A stretch of DNA of 64,000 nucleotides. Source: Candidatus Limnocylindrus sp. GTDB taxonomy: Bacteria > Chloroflexota > Limnocylindria > Limnocylindrales > Limnocylindraceae. Under the pieces are notes generated by a model. That model was not told the DNA's origin, made no database searches, and was given only the letters and a program-made list of their open reading frames with translations. The position numbers and the translations under genes are program-made. Below, piece by piece: positions 10,379 through 21,202 of the stretch. The DNA lies in contig JBBAWH010000006.1 of the NCBI GenBank assembly GCA_040397235.1, forward strand, positions 8,854 to 72,853. Direction: 5' to 3'. Within the stretch, counting starts at the first letter, position 1. Each line of letters begins with the position of its first letter.

Positions 10379-10926
10379 CGCTTCACCTGCTCCTCAATTG
10401 ACCCGCTGCCGCGGGACATCACTACTGAGCCGGTTCGCACCAGCTCCTTGATTCCGAACTCCCGAAGGAGCTCGACCAACGTGTCGATCTCGGTTGGCTC
10501 CCCAACCGCCTCGACGATCACCGCCTCATCACCAAGGTCGACCACCTTGGAGCGATGCATCTCCGCCACGCTCACGATCTCGGGGCGCGTTCGCTTGGTT
10601 GCGCGCACCTTGATCAGGGCGAATTCGTGCTCAACGATCGACTCGTCGGTCACATCTTGCACCTTCAGCACATCGATTAGCTTGTAGAGCTGCTTCGCCG
10701 CCTGCTCCACGTGCACCTCATCGCCGACGATCGTGAGGGTCATGCGCGACGTGTCGCTGCGCTCCGTCACCGAGACGGCGAGCGACTCAATGTTGAAGTT
10801 ACGCGCGCGCATCAGGCTCGCCACGCGATTCAGCACACCCGGCTTGTTGTTGACGATCGCCACGATCAGGTGGCGACGCTCCTCACCTGAGCCTGGAAGA
10901 GACCGCGCCGTTGAGCCAGCGCTCAC
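10375..10926 (-). CDS. ilvN: Acetolactate synthase small (regulatory) subunit
   Basis: NKPGVLNRV ACT motif, FNIESLAV, ELVRTG; stop/start overlaps with neighbours. Confidence 0.95.
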   Translation of the reverse strand: MSAGSTARSLPGSGEERRHLIVAIVNNKPGVLNRVASLMRARNFNIESLAVSVTERSDTSRMTLTIVGDEVHVEQAAKQLYKLIDVLKVQDVTDESIVEHEFALIKVRATKRTRPEIVSVAEMHRSKVVDLGDEAVIVEAVGEPTEIDTLVELLREFGIKELVRTGSVVMSRGSGSIEEQVKR

Positions 10927-12821
10927 CTCGCGCCTCTGCTCTGCGGATCTGTGGGGTCCACACGCGGGTCGCTGGCCCCGTCCGTCGCGTCTTCGCCGTC
11001 ATCGCCCCACTTATCGATCAGGTCGGAGAGCCCCTTACCGGCCGGCATCATCGGGTAGACGTTCTGTCGCTCTGCAATCTCAAACCAGATCAGCGCTGGG
11101 CCATCAGCGGCAAGCGCTGCGGTAACCGCAGCATCAACCTCTTCGGGCTTAGCGACCTTCCACGCAGGGAGGCCGTACGCCTCACAGAGCTTCAGATAAT
11201 CCGGTCCCGCTAACTCCTCTGAGTGGTAGTTCCCGCCATACACGATCTCTTGCCACTGGCGAATCATGCCGAGCTTCTTGTTGTCCATCAGCGCGATCTT
11301 TACGGGGATGCGCTCTTGCACGATGGTTGCCAACTCCTGCAGGGTCATCTGGAACCCGCCATCGCCAGCGATTGCCCACGAGACCTTGCCTGGTACCGCA
11401 ACGGCCGCACCCATTGCCGCGGGGAGGGCGAAGCCCATGGTGCCGAGTCCGCCCGACGAGAGGTGCGAGTTGGCACGGCGGAACCCGCCGTAGCGAGCGA
11501 CCCACATCTGGTTCTGGCCCACGTCGGCGGTGAGGTTGGCATCGAAGTTTGAGCCTGCTGCAACGCGCTCAACAACGAAGTCGGCTGAGAGCACCCCGTC
11601 ACGGAAGCCGCCGGAGCCGTGCCACGAAGAGGCTTCGCTCTCGGTGCGCCACGTTGCAAGTTCGGCAAAGTAGTCGACTCGAGTGGTTGGATCCACCTTG
11701 GTGATGAGTGGAAGGAGCGCGTCGAGCACGTGCTTGGCATCGCCCACGATTGGCAGATCGGCGACGACGTTCTTGCCGATCTCCGCCGGATCAATATCGA
11801 TGTGCACGATCTTCGCCTTCGGCGCATAGGTGCGCACGTTCCCCGTCACGCGGTCATCGAAGCGCATGCCGATGCCGATCAGAAGATCAGCCGACTGGAT
11901 CGCACGGTTCACATGCTTCCAGCCGTGCATCCCCATGTAGCCGTAAGCGAGCGGGTCGGTTTCATCAATGACGCCGATGCCGAGCAGTGTCCAGGTGATT
12001 GGAATCTGCGCCGCGCGCGCCAACTCGAGCAGCTCGCGCTCTGCACGAGCGATCAGCACACCGTGCCCTGCAAGGATGACCGGACGCTTTGCACCAGCGA
12101 TCGCCTCGGCGAGCAGCTTGATCTGACGTGGATGGCCATCGAGCTTCGGCTTATAGCCAGGGAGCCCCGCCTCAACCTCTGCGGCCGAAGGATGCATCGC
12201 TGTGGTCTGGCCCATCAGCGCATCTTTGGTGATGTCAACGTGCACCGGCCCAGGTCGCCCGCTGCGCGCAAGGTGGAATGCCTCAGCAATCACGTGCGGA
12301 ATCTCATCGGCGCTGCGCACCAGATAGTTGTGCTTCGTCATTGGCAGCGTGATGCCGGTGATGTCAATCTCTTGGAAGGCGTCCTTGCCGATGAGGGCGT
12401 TCGGAACGTTCCCCGTGATCACCACAAGGGGCACGGAGTCGAGCATTGCGGTGCCGATGCCGGTGACGAGGTTGGTGGCACCAGGGCCGGAGGTGCCCAG
12501 GCAAACTCCAACGTTGCCAGAGGCGCGTGCGTAGCCATCAGCAGCGTGCGAGGCCGCCTGCTCGTGACGGACCAAGATGTGGCGCAGCTCGGGGTGGTCA
12601 ACGAGCACGTCATAGAGCGGCAGGATCACGCCACCGGGATAGCCCCAGATGGTGTCGCTCCCCTGCAGCAGGATCGCCTCGCAGAGTGCGTCGGCGCCGA
12701 TGCGTGGGCGTACGCCGTCGCGAGCGGTGATGCGGGCATCGCGCAACATGTCACGTCGCGCGCGCTCTGCAGCACTCGCGGCCGGAGTTCCTGCGCCTGG
12801 TACGTGACCTGCCTGTGTCAT
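10923..12821 (-). CDS. ilvB: Acetolactate synthase large subunit
   Basis: GYPGG, VRHEQAA, TSGPGATN, DAFQE, RFDDRVTG, GDGGFQM ThDP motif. Confidence 0.97.
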   Translation of the reverse strand: MTQAGHVPGAGTPAASAAERARRDMLRDARITARDGVRPRIGADALCEAILLQGSDTIWGYPGGVILPLYDVLVDHPELRHILVRHEQAASHAADGYARASGNVGVCLGTSGPGATNLVTGIGTAMLDSVPLVVITGNVPNALIGKDAFQEIDITGITLPMTKHNYLVRSADEIPHVIAEAFHLARSGRPGPVHVDITKDALMGQTTAMHPSAAEVEAGLPGYKPKLDGHPRQIKLLAEAIAGAKRPVILAGHGVLIARAERELLELARAAQIPITWTLLGIGVIDETDPLAYGYMGMHGWKHVNRAIQSADLLIGIGMRFDDRVTGNVRTYAPKAKIVHIDIDPAEIGKNVVADLPIVGDAKHVLDALLPLITKVDPTTRVDYFAELATWRTESEASSWHGSGGFRDGVLSADFVVERVAAGSNFDANLTADVGQNQMWVARYGGFRRANSHLSSGGLGTMGFALPAAMGAAVAVPGKVSWAIAGDGGFQMTLQELATIVQERIPVKIALMDNKKLGMIRQWQEIVYGGNYHSEELAGPDYLKLCEAYGLPAWKVAKPEEVDAAVTAALAADGPALIWFEIAERQNVYPMMPAGKGLSDLIDKWGDDGEDATDGASDPRVDPTDPQSRGAR

Positions 12822-12844
12822 CGATCCCCCTTCACTTCGTTAAT

Positions 12845-12869
12845 AAAAAACCCCGCCTCTTTGGCGGGG
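12845..12869 (-). terminator. Attenuator terminator upstream of ilvB
   Basis: Minus strand CCCCGCC-AAAGA-GGCGGGG followed by TTTTTT, 24 nt before the ilvB ATG. Confidence 0.88.
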
Positions 12870-12913
12870 CTCTGAAGTTTCCTTCGGGCGGTATCTCCGC
12901 GCCTCTGGTCTCC

Positions 12914-13033
12914 TCAGCCCTGCCGGGGCTGAATAAGCAGCCCGAGTAGGTTGCTAATGCCCCCAATAAGGGCCCCAAAGAGCACAAAGAGAGCACCGAA
13001 GACTGGAGTCAAGAGCAGTGCGCTATTTGTCAT
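12914..13033 (-). CDS. Putative ilv/leu operon leader peptide, 39 aa (MTNSALLLTPVFGALFVLFGALIGGISNLLGLLIQPRQG)
   Basis: Hand-translated; 10 Leu, 3 Ile, 2 Val, 3 Phe; directly upstream of the terminator; TAGGCT 6 nt before the ATG. Confidence 0.82.
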   Translation of the reverse strand: MTNSALLLTPVFGALFVLFGALIGGISNLLGLLIQPRQG

Positions 13034-13064
13034 GGGTGCAGCCTACCAGAGCCTGTGTAGGCGA

Positions 13065-14327
13065 TCAAAGAACGTCGCGTGATCGCGAGGCCATCGGTCG
13101 GCCCACACGGAGCGGCTCTTCGGCTGCTGCGGCGCGCCCTAGCAGCAGGTCAACAGTGCGGCGGGCCCCGCCAGCGCTACACATGACCCCGTGACCCGAG
13201 TAGCCCGTGTTCACGAAGAGCCCCGCCTGATCGGTTGGCCCAAGGAAGGGTCGATGATCTGGGGTGTATTCATATTGTCCCGCCTGAAGGCGCCACGCCG
13301 GCGGACCGTCGCGCCAGACATCGCGCCAGAAGGGCGCCAGCAGGGCGAGCGATGTTGGTGATGCTGGATCGAGAAGTGCGTGAGCCATCGCCTCGTCGGT
13401 TGGCACCTCGAGGAGCGGCTCACCGACGGGCGTTGTCGGGTCGGTGCGCAACGCGAATGCCCCCGCGAGGGCCGGTCGCCAGTGTGATCCCGTCTCATCA
13501 TCGATCGTCATCGGCCCCGACTGATCGATCACCGGCAGGTTTGGCATGACCAGCTTCTGGCGAATCGTTGGCGCGATCGGCAGATCGAGAGCGGCGAGCT
13601 TGGCGACGACGCCACTCCACGGGCCGGCGGCGATCACCGTTTGCGGCGCATGCACCACACCACGATTTGTTGTTACCCCCGTAACGACGCCGCTCGCATC
13701 CCGCACGAATCCGGTGACGGTTGTCTCCAGTGCATAGGTGGCATGGCCAGAACCACTGGCGCCACTGATGTGCGCCGCGTGTGACGACGCGGCCGCATAT
13801 CCGTGGGTGAGTGCCACCTGATCAATGAAGCCGTCGCCGGCGCGGAAGCGCACCTGTCGAATCTTTGGAGAGAGGTACGACCAGCGAGCACGCGCCTCGT
13901 CACCGCTCAACAGCTCCACATCGGTGAGCCCGAACGTTCGTTGCAGAGCAACGAGTTCTCGCCCCTTCGCAGCACTTGCCTCGGTGCGGCTGCAGAAGAG
14001 ATACCCCTGCTGACGAATGTCGAGGTTCCATCCCGTGAGCCCCGACTCTTCGGCAAAGTTCAGATAGAGAGCCAAGCCCTCTTGTACGAGTGCAAGCTCA
14101 TCGGCGTTGTCGTGCTGCAAGCGAAACGCACCCGTTGATGCGGCGGTCGTGAGCGATGCGATGCTGCTGCGACGCTCAATCACCAACACCTTGAGTCCGG
14201 CGCGTGCGGCAAAGTACGCGGTCGCGGCACCCGCAACGCCTGCGCCAATAACGACGAGGTCGACACTTGCGGGAAGCTCTCCGTCGTTACGGTCGTAGAT
14301 TGGGAGGGCGCTGTTGTCGACGGTCAC
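13065..14327 (-). CDS. FAD-dependent oxidoreductase (DAO/sarcosine oxidase-beta family)
   Basis: VVIGAGVAG, AAGPWS, YTPDHRP, GYSGHGVM; GTG start overlaps the aldolase stop (GTGA). Confidence 0.85.
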   Translation of the reverse strand: MTVDNSALPIYDRNDGELPASVDLVVIGAGVAGAATAYFAARAGLKVLVIERRSSIASLTTAASTGAFRLQHDNADELALVQEGLALYLNFAEESGLTGWNLDIRQQGYLFCSRTEASAAKGRELVALQRTFGLTDVELLSGDEARARWSYLSPKIRQVRFRAGDGFIDQVALTHGYAAASSHAAHISGASGSGHATYALETTVTGFVRDASGVVTGVTTNRGVVHAPQTVIAAGPWSGVVAKLAALDLPIAPTIRQKLVMPNLPVIDQSGPMTIDDETGSHWRPALAGAFALRTDPTTPVGEPLLEVPTDEAMAHALLDPASPTSLALLAPFWRDVWRDGPPAWRLQAGQYEYTPDHRPFLGPTDQAGLFVNTGYSGHGVMCSAGGARRTVDLLLGRAAAAEEPLRVGRPMASRSRDVL

Positions 14328-15010
14328 GCGGGGTGCCCGGCGGCCGCGCGAGCGGCCCGCAGCTGAGCGGCAATCGCCGCTGCGCTCCACGGGTCTGCGC
14401 CGTCAAGGAGTCGCGGCCCAACGCCAAACCCAGCGGCACCAGCGGCCACCAGTGCGGCAATCTCGTCGAGCCCTACGTTCGTTGGCACGATCTTGCTGGT
14501 TGGGCTCGGTGCCAACGCTGCACGAATAAATGCTGGAGCGTTGATCGCCGCCGCGGGGAAGAGCTTCACGTAGGTTGCGCCAGATCGTTCGGCGAGGCTG
14601 ATCTCCGTTGGCGTGAAGGCACCGGGGAGCCAATCGACCCCGGCGGCGGAGGCAGCGGCGCCCGTTGCGGGGTCGGTGATTGGCGAGACGAGGAATCGTG
14701 CGCCGGCATCGATCATGCGCTGCGCCGTCGCGGCGTCGTACACGCTACCCGCGCCAACTGCGAGGGTTGGGTGACTGGAGCGTAGGGAGGCGATCGCGGC
14801 GGTCACCGCAGCCTCGGCCCCCTCGCCGCGCAAGAAGAGTTCGAGCGCTGGCACACCGGCATCGAGCGCAGCGTCAGCCCATGCCGACAAGACCGCGGCA
14901 TCCTGTGCGGCGACCGCCGGAAGGATTCCAACGCGCGAGAAGAGTGGGCCAAATACCTTCGCTTCCATGGCGGCAGTATCCCACGCTGCCCGCGCCTGGT
15001 CGGCACGCAT
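14324..15010 (-). CDS. KDPG/KHG aldolase family protein (divergent)
   Basis: VGAGSV, GARFLVSP, PGAFTPTEI, Schiff-base KLFPA. Confidence 0.8.
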   Translation of the reverse strand: MRADQARAAWDTAAMEAKVFGPLFSRVGILPAVAAQDAAVLSAWADAALDAGVPALELFLRGEGAEAAVTAAIASLRSSHPTLAVGAGSVYDAATAQRMIDAGARFLVSPITDPATGAAASAAGVDWLPGAFTPTEISLAERSGATYVKLFPAAAINAPAFIRAALAPSPTSKIVPTNVGLDEIAALVAAGAAGFGVGPRLLDGADPWSAAAIAAQLRAARAAAGHPA

Positions 15011-15076
15011 TCACCCTCGCCTTCAGTGGTGGCTCGCGGGGCTAGGGTGAGTTTCGCCCTCTGGTAGGCTCGCTCT

Positions 15077-16489
15077 ATGCCGAAGACCATCATTGAGAAG
15101 ATCTGGAACGAGCACGTTGTCGATCAGCAGGAGGGGGCGCCCGCCATCCTCGCAATCGACCTGCACCTCGTACACGAGGTCACCAGCCCCCAGGCCTTTA
15201 CCGGCCTTCGCGCCCGCGGGCTGAAGGTTCGCCGACCCGACCGCACGGTAGCCACCGCCGACCACTCCATTCCGACCACGCCACGCAACCTCCCGATCGC
15301 CGACGAGATGGCCGCCGCCCAGGTGAAGCAGCTCGAGGCGAACTGCGCCGAGTTCGGCGTTCCACTCCACGGCTGGGAGTCGCCGAACCAGGGGATCGTG
15401 CACGTCATTGGGCCAGAGCTCGGTCTGACGCAGCCTGGCGCAACCATCGTCTGTGGCGACTCACACACGGCAACCCACGGTGCCTTCGGCGCACTGGCGT
15501 TCGGCATCGGCACCAGCGAAGTGGAGATGGTCCTCGCCACCCAGTGCCTCTTGCAGCGCAAGCCGAAGACCTATCTCGTGCGCGTTGACGGAACACTGCG
15601 GCCAGGCGTCTCCGCAAAGGACATCATCTTGGCGCTGATCGCGCGCATCGGTGTCGGCGGTGGCACCGGTCACGTCTTTGAATATGCAGGCTCTGCGATT
15701 CTCGACCTCTCCATGGAAGAGCGCATGACGATCTGCAACATGAGCATCGAGGGTGGCGCGCGCGCCGGCCTCGTTGCCCCCGACGAGACGACCTTCGCCT
15801 ACTTGAAGGGTCGACCACATGCGCCGCAGGGTGCCGATTGGGATGCCGCCGTCGCACGCTGGCGCACACTCGCAAGCGACGATGGCGCAACGTACGACAA
15901 GGAGATCGTCATCAACGCTGACACCCTTGAGCCGATGGTGACCTACGGCACGAACCCAGGGATGGGCCTGCCGATCAGCGGCACGATTCCGAATCCAGCA
16001 GACGAGTCCGACCCGGCCGCGGCGCGCGCACTGACCCGCGCACTCGAATACATGGATCTGCGCGCGGGCGACAGCATCATCGGACGACCGGTGAACACCG
16101 TCTTTATTGGCAGCTGTACCAACGGTCGCATCAGCGACCTGCGCCTCGCCGCGAATGTGCTGAAAGGTCACACCATTGCGAAGGGGGTGCGCGTGATGGT
16201 GGTTCCTGGATCCGCCGACGTGAAGCGTCAAGCGGAGCGCGAAGGGCTCGACAAGATCTTCCGCGACGCGGGTGCCGATTGGCGCGAGGCGGGCTGCTCG
16301 ATGTGCATCGCCATGAATGGCGACCAGCTCGCCCCCGGCGAATACGCGATCAGCACCTCAAACCGCAACTTTGAGGGGCGCCAGGGGAAGGGGGGTCGCA
16401 CCTTCTTGGCCTCGCCGCTCACCGCCGCCGCCACCGCGCTCACCGGCGTCATCGCCGATCCACGCACGCTTCCAGGGATGATCCGCTGA
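15077..16489 (+). CDS. leuC: 3-isopropylmalate dehydratase large subunit
   Basis: [40 protein letters not shown]. Confidence 0.98.
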   Translation: MPKTIIEKIWNEHVVDQQEGAPAILAIDLHLVHEVTSPQAFTGLRARGLKVRRPDRTVATADHSIPTTPRNLPIADEMAAAQVKQLEANCAEFGVPLHGWESPNQGIVHVIGPELGLTQPGATIVCGDSHTATHGAFGALAFGIGTSEVEMVLATQCLLQRKPKTYLVRVDGTLRPGVSAKDIILALIARIGVGGGTGHVFEYAGSAILDLSMEERMTICNMSIEGGARAGLVAPDETTFAYLKGRPHAPQGADWDAAVARWRTLASDDGATYDKEIVINADTLEPMVTYGTNPGMGLPISGTIPNPADESDPAAARALTRALEYMDLRAGDSIIGRPVNTVFIGSCTNGRISDLRLAANVLKGHTIAKGVRVMVVPGSADVKRQAEREGLDKIFRDAGADWREAGCSMCIAMNGDQLAPGEYAISTSNRNFEGRQGKGGRTFLASPLTAAATALTGVIADPRTLPGMIR

Positions 16490-17121
16490 TGGCCGCCCCA
16501 AAGGTCGGCACCTTCACCACCGGGCTCGTGCCACTCCCCGCCGAGAACGTCGACACCGACCAGATCGTCCCCGCCCGCTACCTGAAGGTCATCGACAAGG
16601 CGGGCCTCGCCGATGCCCTCTTCCACGACTGGCGCTTTGAGGCCGACGGTAGCAAGAAGAACCCACCGTTCGTGATTGATGAGCCGCGCTACGCCGGCCA
16701 CGGCATCCTGGTTGCGGGCGACAACTTCGGCGGCGGCTCCAGCCGTGAGCATGCGCCGTGGGCCCTTGGCGCCTTCGGCATCAAGGCAATCCTCGCAACA
16801 AGCTTCGCCGACATCTTTAAGTCGAATGCACTGAAGAATGGAATCCTGCCGATCATCTTGCCCGCCGAGCTGCACAGCACGCTGATGCAGATTGCCAAGG
16901 ACGACCTCGCCGCAACGGTGACCATCGAACTTGCAGCCGCGACGTTGAGGGCCCCTGATGGCACTGCACATCAGTTCCCGATCGACGCCTTCAGCCAGAA
17001 GATGCTGCTCGATGGACTTGATGAGCTGGACTACATCCGCACGCAGGGCGAAAAGATTCTGGCGCACGAGACATCGCACCCAGGAACCATCAACACACTG
17101 CAGCCAAACGCACCGCGATGA
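16489..17121 (+). CDS. leuD: 3-isopropylmalate dehydratase small subunit
   Basis: [26 protein letters not shown]. Confidence 0.97.
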   Translation: MAAPKVGTFTTGLVPLPAENVDTDQIVPARYLKVIDKAGLADALFHDWRFEADGSKKNPPFVIDEPRYAGHGILVAGDNFGGGSSREHAPWALGAFGIKAILATSFADIFKSNALKNGILPIILPAELHSTLMQIAKDDLAATVTIELAAATLRAPDGTAHQFPIDAFSQKMLLDGLDELDYIRTQGEKILAHETSHPGTINTLQPNAPR

Positions 17122-18857
17122 GCAAGAACCCGTACGACCGCGCGAGCGACCCAGCGAAGCGGCACTCCGCCGCAATGACCGACGGACCAGACCGCGCACC
17201 GGCGCGCGCGATGTTGAAGGCGGTCGGCTTCACCGATGAGGATCTCGCCAAGCCGATCATCGGCGTTGCCACCACCTGGATCGAGACGATGCCGTGCAAC
17301 TTGAATCAGCGCGAGCTGGCCGAAGCGGTGAAGCGCGGCATTCGGCGCGCGGGTGGCACGCCGATGGAGTTCGGCACCATCTCCGTCTCCGACGGCGTGG
17401 CGATGGGCACCGAAGGGATGAAGGCCTCGCTCATCTCGCGCGAGATCATCGCCGACTCCATTGAACTCGTCTCCGCAGGGCACAGCTTCGACGGCATCGT
17501 CTGCCTCACTGGCTGCGACAAGACCAGCCCCGGCGCCGCGATGGCGCTCGGCCGCCTGAATATTCCTGGGCTCGTCCTCTATAACGGCACGATCCTCCCC
17601 GGGACCTATAAGGGGAAGGATGTGACGGTGCAGAGCGTCTTCGAGGCGGTCGGCTCGTACAACGCAGGAAAGATCACCGCCGAGGAGCTCTGGGACCTTG
17701 AGAATGCCGCCTGCCCAGGGGCGGGCGCCTGCGGTGGCCAGTTCACCGCGAACACGATGAGCATGGCGCTCGAGGTGATCGGCCTCTCCCCCGCCGGCCT
17801 CAACGGCATCCCCGCCACCGACCCCGACAAGATCGCCGCCGCCGAGCGCTCGGGCGAAATCGCCGTGGAGCTGGTGCGCAAGAACCTGAAGCCGCGCGAC
17901 ATCGTCACCGGCAAGGCCCTCGAGAACGCGATTCGCGCGGTGGGTGCGACCGCCGGCTCAACGAATGCGGTGCTCCACCTGCTCGCCATCGCCCGCGAGT
18001 TTGACCTTCCCCTCGAGATCGAAGCCTTTGAGCGTCTCGGTGAATCGACGCCAGTGATCGGCAACCTGATCCCTGGCGGCTCGTACGCCGCACTCGACCT
18101 CTACAAGGCGGGCGGCATCGCCCTTGTGCTGCGCGAACTGGCCGCTGGCGGCCTTCTGCACCTCAACGAGCAGGGCGTCGACGGACGAACGATGGGCGAG
18201 ATCGCATCGCAGGCGAACGAGCGCGCCGGGCAGGATGTGATTCGTCCGATCAACAACCCAATCAAGAAGACGGGCGGCCTCACCGTGCTGCGTGGCAGCC
18301 TCGCGCCCGAGGGTGCGATCGTGAAGCTTGCCGGCCACGAGCGCCGACATCACAGCGGACCGGCGCGCATCTTCGATTCCGAGGAGGCGGCCTTCGCTGC
18401 GATCCGCGCCAACGCCATCGTTGCCGGCGACGTCGTCGTCATTCGCTATGAGGGGCCAGTCGGCGGGCCAGGGATGCGCGAGATGCTTGCCGTTACCGCT
18501 GCACTCGTGGGCCAGGGGCTCGGCGACGAGGTCGCACTCATTACGGATGGCCGCTTCTCTGGCGCGACCCACGGCTTCATGGTGGCGCACATCGCTCCTG
18601 AGGCGGCGCTCGGCGGGCCGATCGCGCTCGTACATGAGGGCGACACCATCACCATCGATGTTGACTCGCATGAGCTGCGCATTGAGGTCGCCGAGAGCGA
18701 GCTCGCCTCCCGTCGCGCCGCCTGGCGCGCCCCCGCACCACGCTACGCCGGCGGCGTCTGGGCGAAGTACGCTGCCCTGGTTAGCAGCGCGTCAGATGGC
18801 GCCATCACCACTGGGGTGCGCCTCGCCAAGGCGCTGAAAGGATCAACCGACCGATGA
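17118..18857 (+). CDS. ilvD: Dihydroxy-acid dehydratase
   Basis: [41 protein letters not shown]. Confidence 0.97.
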   Translation: MSKNPYDRASDPAKRHSAAMTDGPDRAPARAMLKAVGFTDEDLAKPIIGVATTWIETMPCNLNQRELAEAVKRGIRRAGGTPMEFGTISVSDGVAMGTEGMKASLISREIIADSIELVSAGHSFDGIVCLTGCDKTSPGAAMALGRLNIPGLVLYNGTILPGTYKGKDVTVQSVFEAVGSYNAGKITAEELWDLENAACPGAGACGGQFTANTMSMALEVIGLSPAGLNGIPATDPDKIAAAERSGEIAVELVRKNLKPRDIVTGKALENAIRAVGATAGSTNAVLHLLAIAREFDLPLEIEAFERLGESTPVIGNLIPGGSYAALDLYKAGGIALVLRELAAGGLLHLNEQGVDGRTMGEIASQANERAGQDVIRPINNPIKKTGGLTVLRGSLAPEGAIVKLAGHERRHHSGPARIFDSEEAAFAAIRANAIVAGDVVVIRYEGPVGGPGMREMLAVTAALVGQGLGDEVALITDGRFSGATHGFMVAHIAPEAALGGPIALVHEGDTITIDVDSHELRIEVAESELASRRAAWRAPAPRYAGGVWAKYAALVSSASDGAITTGVRLAKALKGSTDR

Positions 18858-19087
18858 GCGCAGCGAAGGCGATCGACCCAAAAGATCCACGTGGTGGCCT
18901 GCGCGGCCTCGACGCTCCACTGGTTCCAGGTGGTGACCAGCTCACCAAAGCGCAGCAGGCGAAGGCCGATGCCGATGAGCGCAGCGGTGTGCGCGGCGTG
19001 AAGGTCATCGTGGGCGGACTCGTTGGCCTCACCATCGGCGCACTGATCGTGCAGCTGATCCTCACCATCGCTGGAGTTGGCAAGTGA
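18854..19087 (+). CDS. Small hypothetical protein with C-terminal TM helix
   Basis: Translationally coupled on both sides (ATGA and GTGA overlaps); hydrophobic C-terminus. Confidence 0.65.
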   Translation: MSAAKAIDPKDPRGGLRGLDAPLVPGGDQLTKAQQAKADADERSGVRGVKVIVGGLVGLTIGALIVQLILTIAGVGK

Positions 19088-20592
19088 GCGGCGCATCGCG
19101 CTTCAACGCAACGGCTGCGGATCACTTTCCGAAGGGTCTCCCATCTGAATCAGTAGATGCCGCGCTGATGAAGCGCATCGGCGCCGAGGCGGGCGACGAT
19201 CTGGGGCAGCTGATTCGCGCCGAGAGCGTGAACCCACCAGGGAACGAGACGCGCGCCGCCAAGGTGCTGATTGAGCTGCTCCGCCGTGAGGGCCTGGAGC
19301 CTGAGTTCTTCGAGCCGATCCCCGACCGCGGCAACGTCAGCGTGCGACTGCGCGGCAGCGCCTCCGCTGCAAATCCGAAGCTTGACCCACGCGATCCAAA
19401 AGATGGCGCACTCCTCCTCTTCGCCCACCTCGACGTGGTGCCTGCCAATCAAGACGGCTGGACGGTTGATCCGTTTGAAGGCGTCGTCAAAGAGGGCTAC
19501 ATCTGGGGTCGTGGTGCTGTCGACATGAAGGGCGCCCTAGCGGTGCAGGTCGGCGTGATTCGACTCCTCTGCGCGCGCGCCCGCGCAGCCGGTCTGAATC
19601 CAGCGAAGGATGTGATCCCTGGCCTACGACGCGACATCATCCTCACCGCCACCGCTGACGAAGAGACGGGCGGCCTAGAGGGGATCGCCCTCGTCCTCCA
19701 AGACCGCAAGCACTGGCTCGACGCCGCGGTCGGACTCACCGAGGCGGGCGGCATGACGATCACCGCCGCTGGTCGTCGCATCTACCCACTGCAGGTTGCC
19801 GAGAAGGGCTTCGCCCGCTTCACCATCACCGTCAGCGGCCGCTGGGGTCACGCCTCGATGCCCGACAGCGACAACGCCCTCCTGCGCGCCGCCCAGGTGG
19901 TGGAGCGCGTCTCAGTGCCTGGCCCGGTCCAAATCGTGCCCGAGAACGAGGCCCTTCTTGCTGCACTTCGAGCCGCCCTCCCGGCTGGGGCGATGGGTCG
20001 CCTCGAGCGCCTCCTCAGCGAGAAGACCTTTGACGACGCCAAGGAGCTCAATGCCGAAGCGTCGGCCGCGGGCTGCGCCCCTGAGCTCCTGCGCGCGCTG
20101 CGCGCCGTGCTGCGCGACACGTTCGCGCCAACGATCCTTGCCTCAGGCATTCGCTCCAACGTGTTGCCAGGATCGGCAACCCTCACCGTTGACAGCCGCA
20201 TCCTGCCAGGGACAACGCGCGAAGCTGCAGAGCGCAACATGCTCGACCGCATCGGTGCTGACCTTGCACCGTTCGTGAAGCTTGACCTCATCGAATATGG
20301 TGGCGCGGTAAGCAACCCGATGGATCACGAGATCCTTGGCATTGCGAGCGCCGCGATTCGCACACGCGACAGTGAGGCGATCATGATGCCCGCCGTCGCG
20401 CCGTATGCGACCGACGCGAAGATCACCGTGCCAGCTGGGATTCCAACCTACGGATTCTCACCGTATCTGCTAGATCCGAAGGAGCGCTTCATGGAGCGAT
20501 TCCACGGCATCGACGAGCGCGTCTCACAAGAGGCCCTCGCCTGGGGCGTTGAGGTGCTGTACGACGTGGCTATGGGGTACGCGGGGGAGTAA
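19084..20592 (+). CDS. M20/M25/M40 family metallo-hydrolase
   Basis: AHLDVVP, GRGAVDMKG, ADEE, GHAS, FHGIDER. Confidence 0.9.
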   Translation: MSGASRFNATAADHFPKGLPSESVDAALMKRIGAEAGDDLGQLIRAESVNPPGNETRAAKVLIELLRREGLEPEFFEPIPDRGNVSVRLRGSASAANPKLDPRDPKDGALLLFAHLDVVPANQDGWTVDPFEGVVKEGYIWGRGAVDMKGALAVQVGVIRLLCARARAAGLNPAKDVIPGLRRDIILTATADEETGGLEGIALVLQDRKHWLDAAVGLTEAGGMTITAAGRRIYPLQVAEKGFARFTITVSGRWGHASMPDSDNALLRAAQVVERVSVPGPVQIVPENEALLAALRAALPAGAMGRLERLLSEKTFDDAKELNAEASAAGCAPELLRALRAVLRDTFAPTILASGIRSNVLPGSATLTVDSRILPGTTREAAERNMLDRIGADLAPFVKLDLIEYGGAVSNPMDHEILGIASAAIRTRDSEAIMMPAVAPYATDAKITVPAGIPTYGFSPYLLDPKERFMERFHGIDERVSQEALAWGVEVLYDVAMGYAGE

Positions 20593-21151
20593 CCGGCGCG
20601 CGCGTTGCCAGCGCGGCAACAGCAGCAGCAACAAGGCCACGCTCCGCCTTCGGTAGTCGTCGCACCAGATCCACAAACTGTTCCGCGCGACCGCGATCAA
20701 TCGAAGTGAGTAGCGCTTCTCCACTTGGAGCAAGCTGCGATCGACGCACGCGGGCATCACTCGTTGGCGCGGCGCGCAGATAGCGACGCCCATGCAAGAA
20801 GCTGACCAGGCGACTGGTCGCCGAATGCGAGCGGCCGAGGTCTCGAGCGATCTCCCCTACCGATCGCGGCCTCCCGTCAGCGAGTAGATAGAGGGCGGCG
20901 ACCTGCGCGAGCGAGAGTTCGCTCGGTGCCAACTGCTGCGCCGTTGAAAGCACGAGCTCACGCCAGAGGCGACGGATGGAGACGATGCGACCGCCGATCT
21001 CACCGAGACTCTGCCGGCGTCGCGACACCTCGTCGAGCGGGCTCTCACCCATCTCACCGCGGGCAACGCGGACTGCGGCGGGGAGGCGGCTGCGCAGCCC
21101 CTCGGCGGCCTTGGCAATCTCAGCAATTCGGTTCCGGCGAGGTGTATGCAT
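20570..21151 (-). CDS. MarR family transcriptional regulator
   Basis: LSLAQ..AL..L, EIARDLGRSHSATSRLV HTH, DARVRRSQL wing; start at 21151 or 21163. Confidence 0.8.
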   Translation of the reverse strand: MHTPRRNRIAEIAKAAEGLRSRLPAAVRVARGEMGESPLDEVSRRRQSLGEIGGRIVSIRRLWRELVLSTAQQLAPSELSLAQVAALYLLADGRPRSVGEIARDLGRSHSATSRLVSFLHGRRYLRAAPTSDARVRRSQLAPSGEALLTSIDRGRAEQFVDLVRRLPKAERGLVAAAVAALATRAPVTPPRTP

Positions 21152-21162
21152 ATGCGCATACA
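21143..21162. promoter_or_regulatory. Palindromic operator candidate TGTATGC-N6-GCATACA between marR and fabD
   Basis: Perfect 7-bp inverted repeat, AT-rich for this genome, over the marR start and 27 nt from the fabD -10 hexamer. Confidence 0.6.
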
Positions 21163-21202
21163 TTAGCGCGGTGAGCCCAGTCGGGCGGCTACGATTCCCC
21201 GC

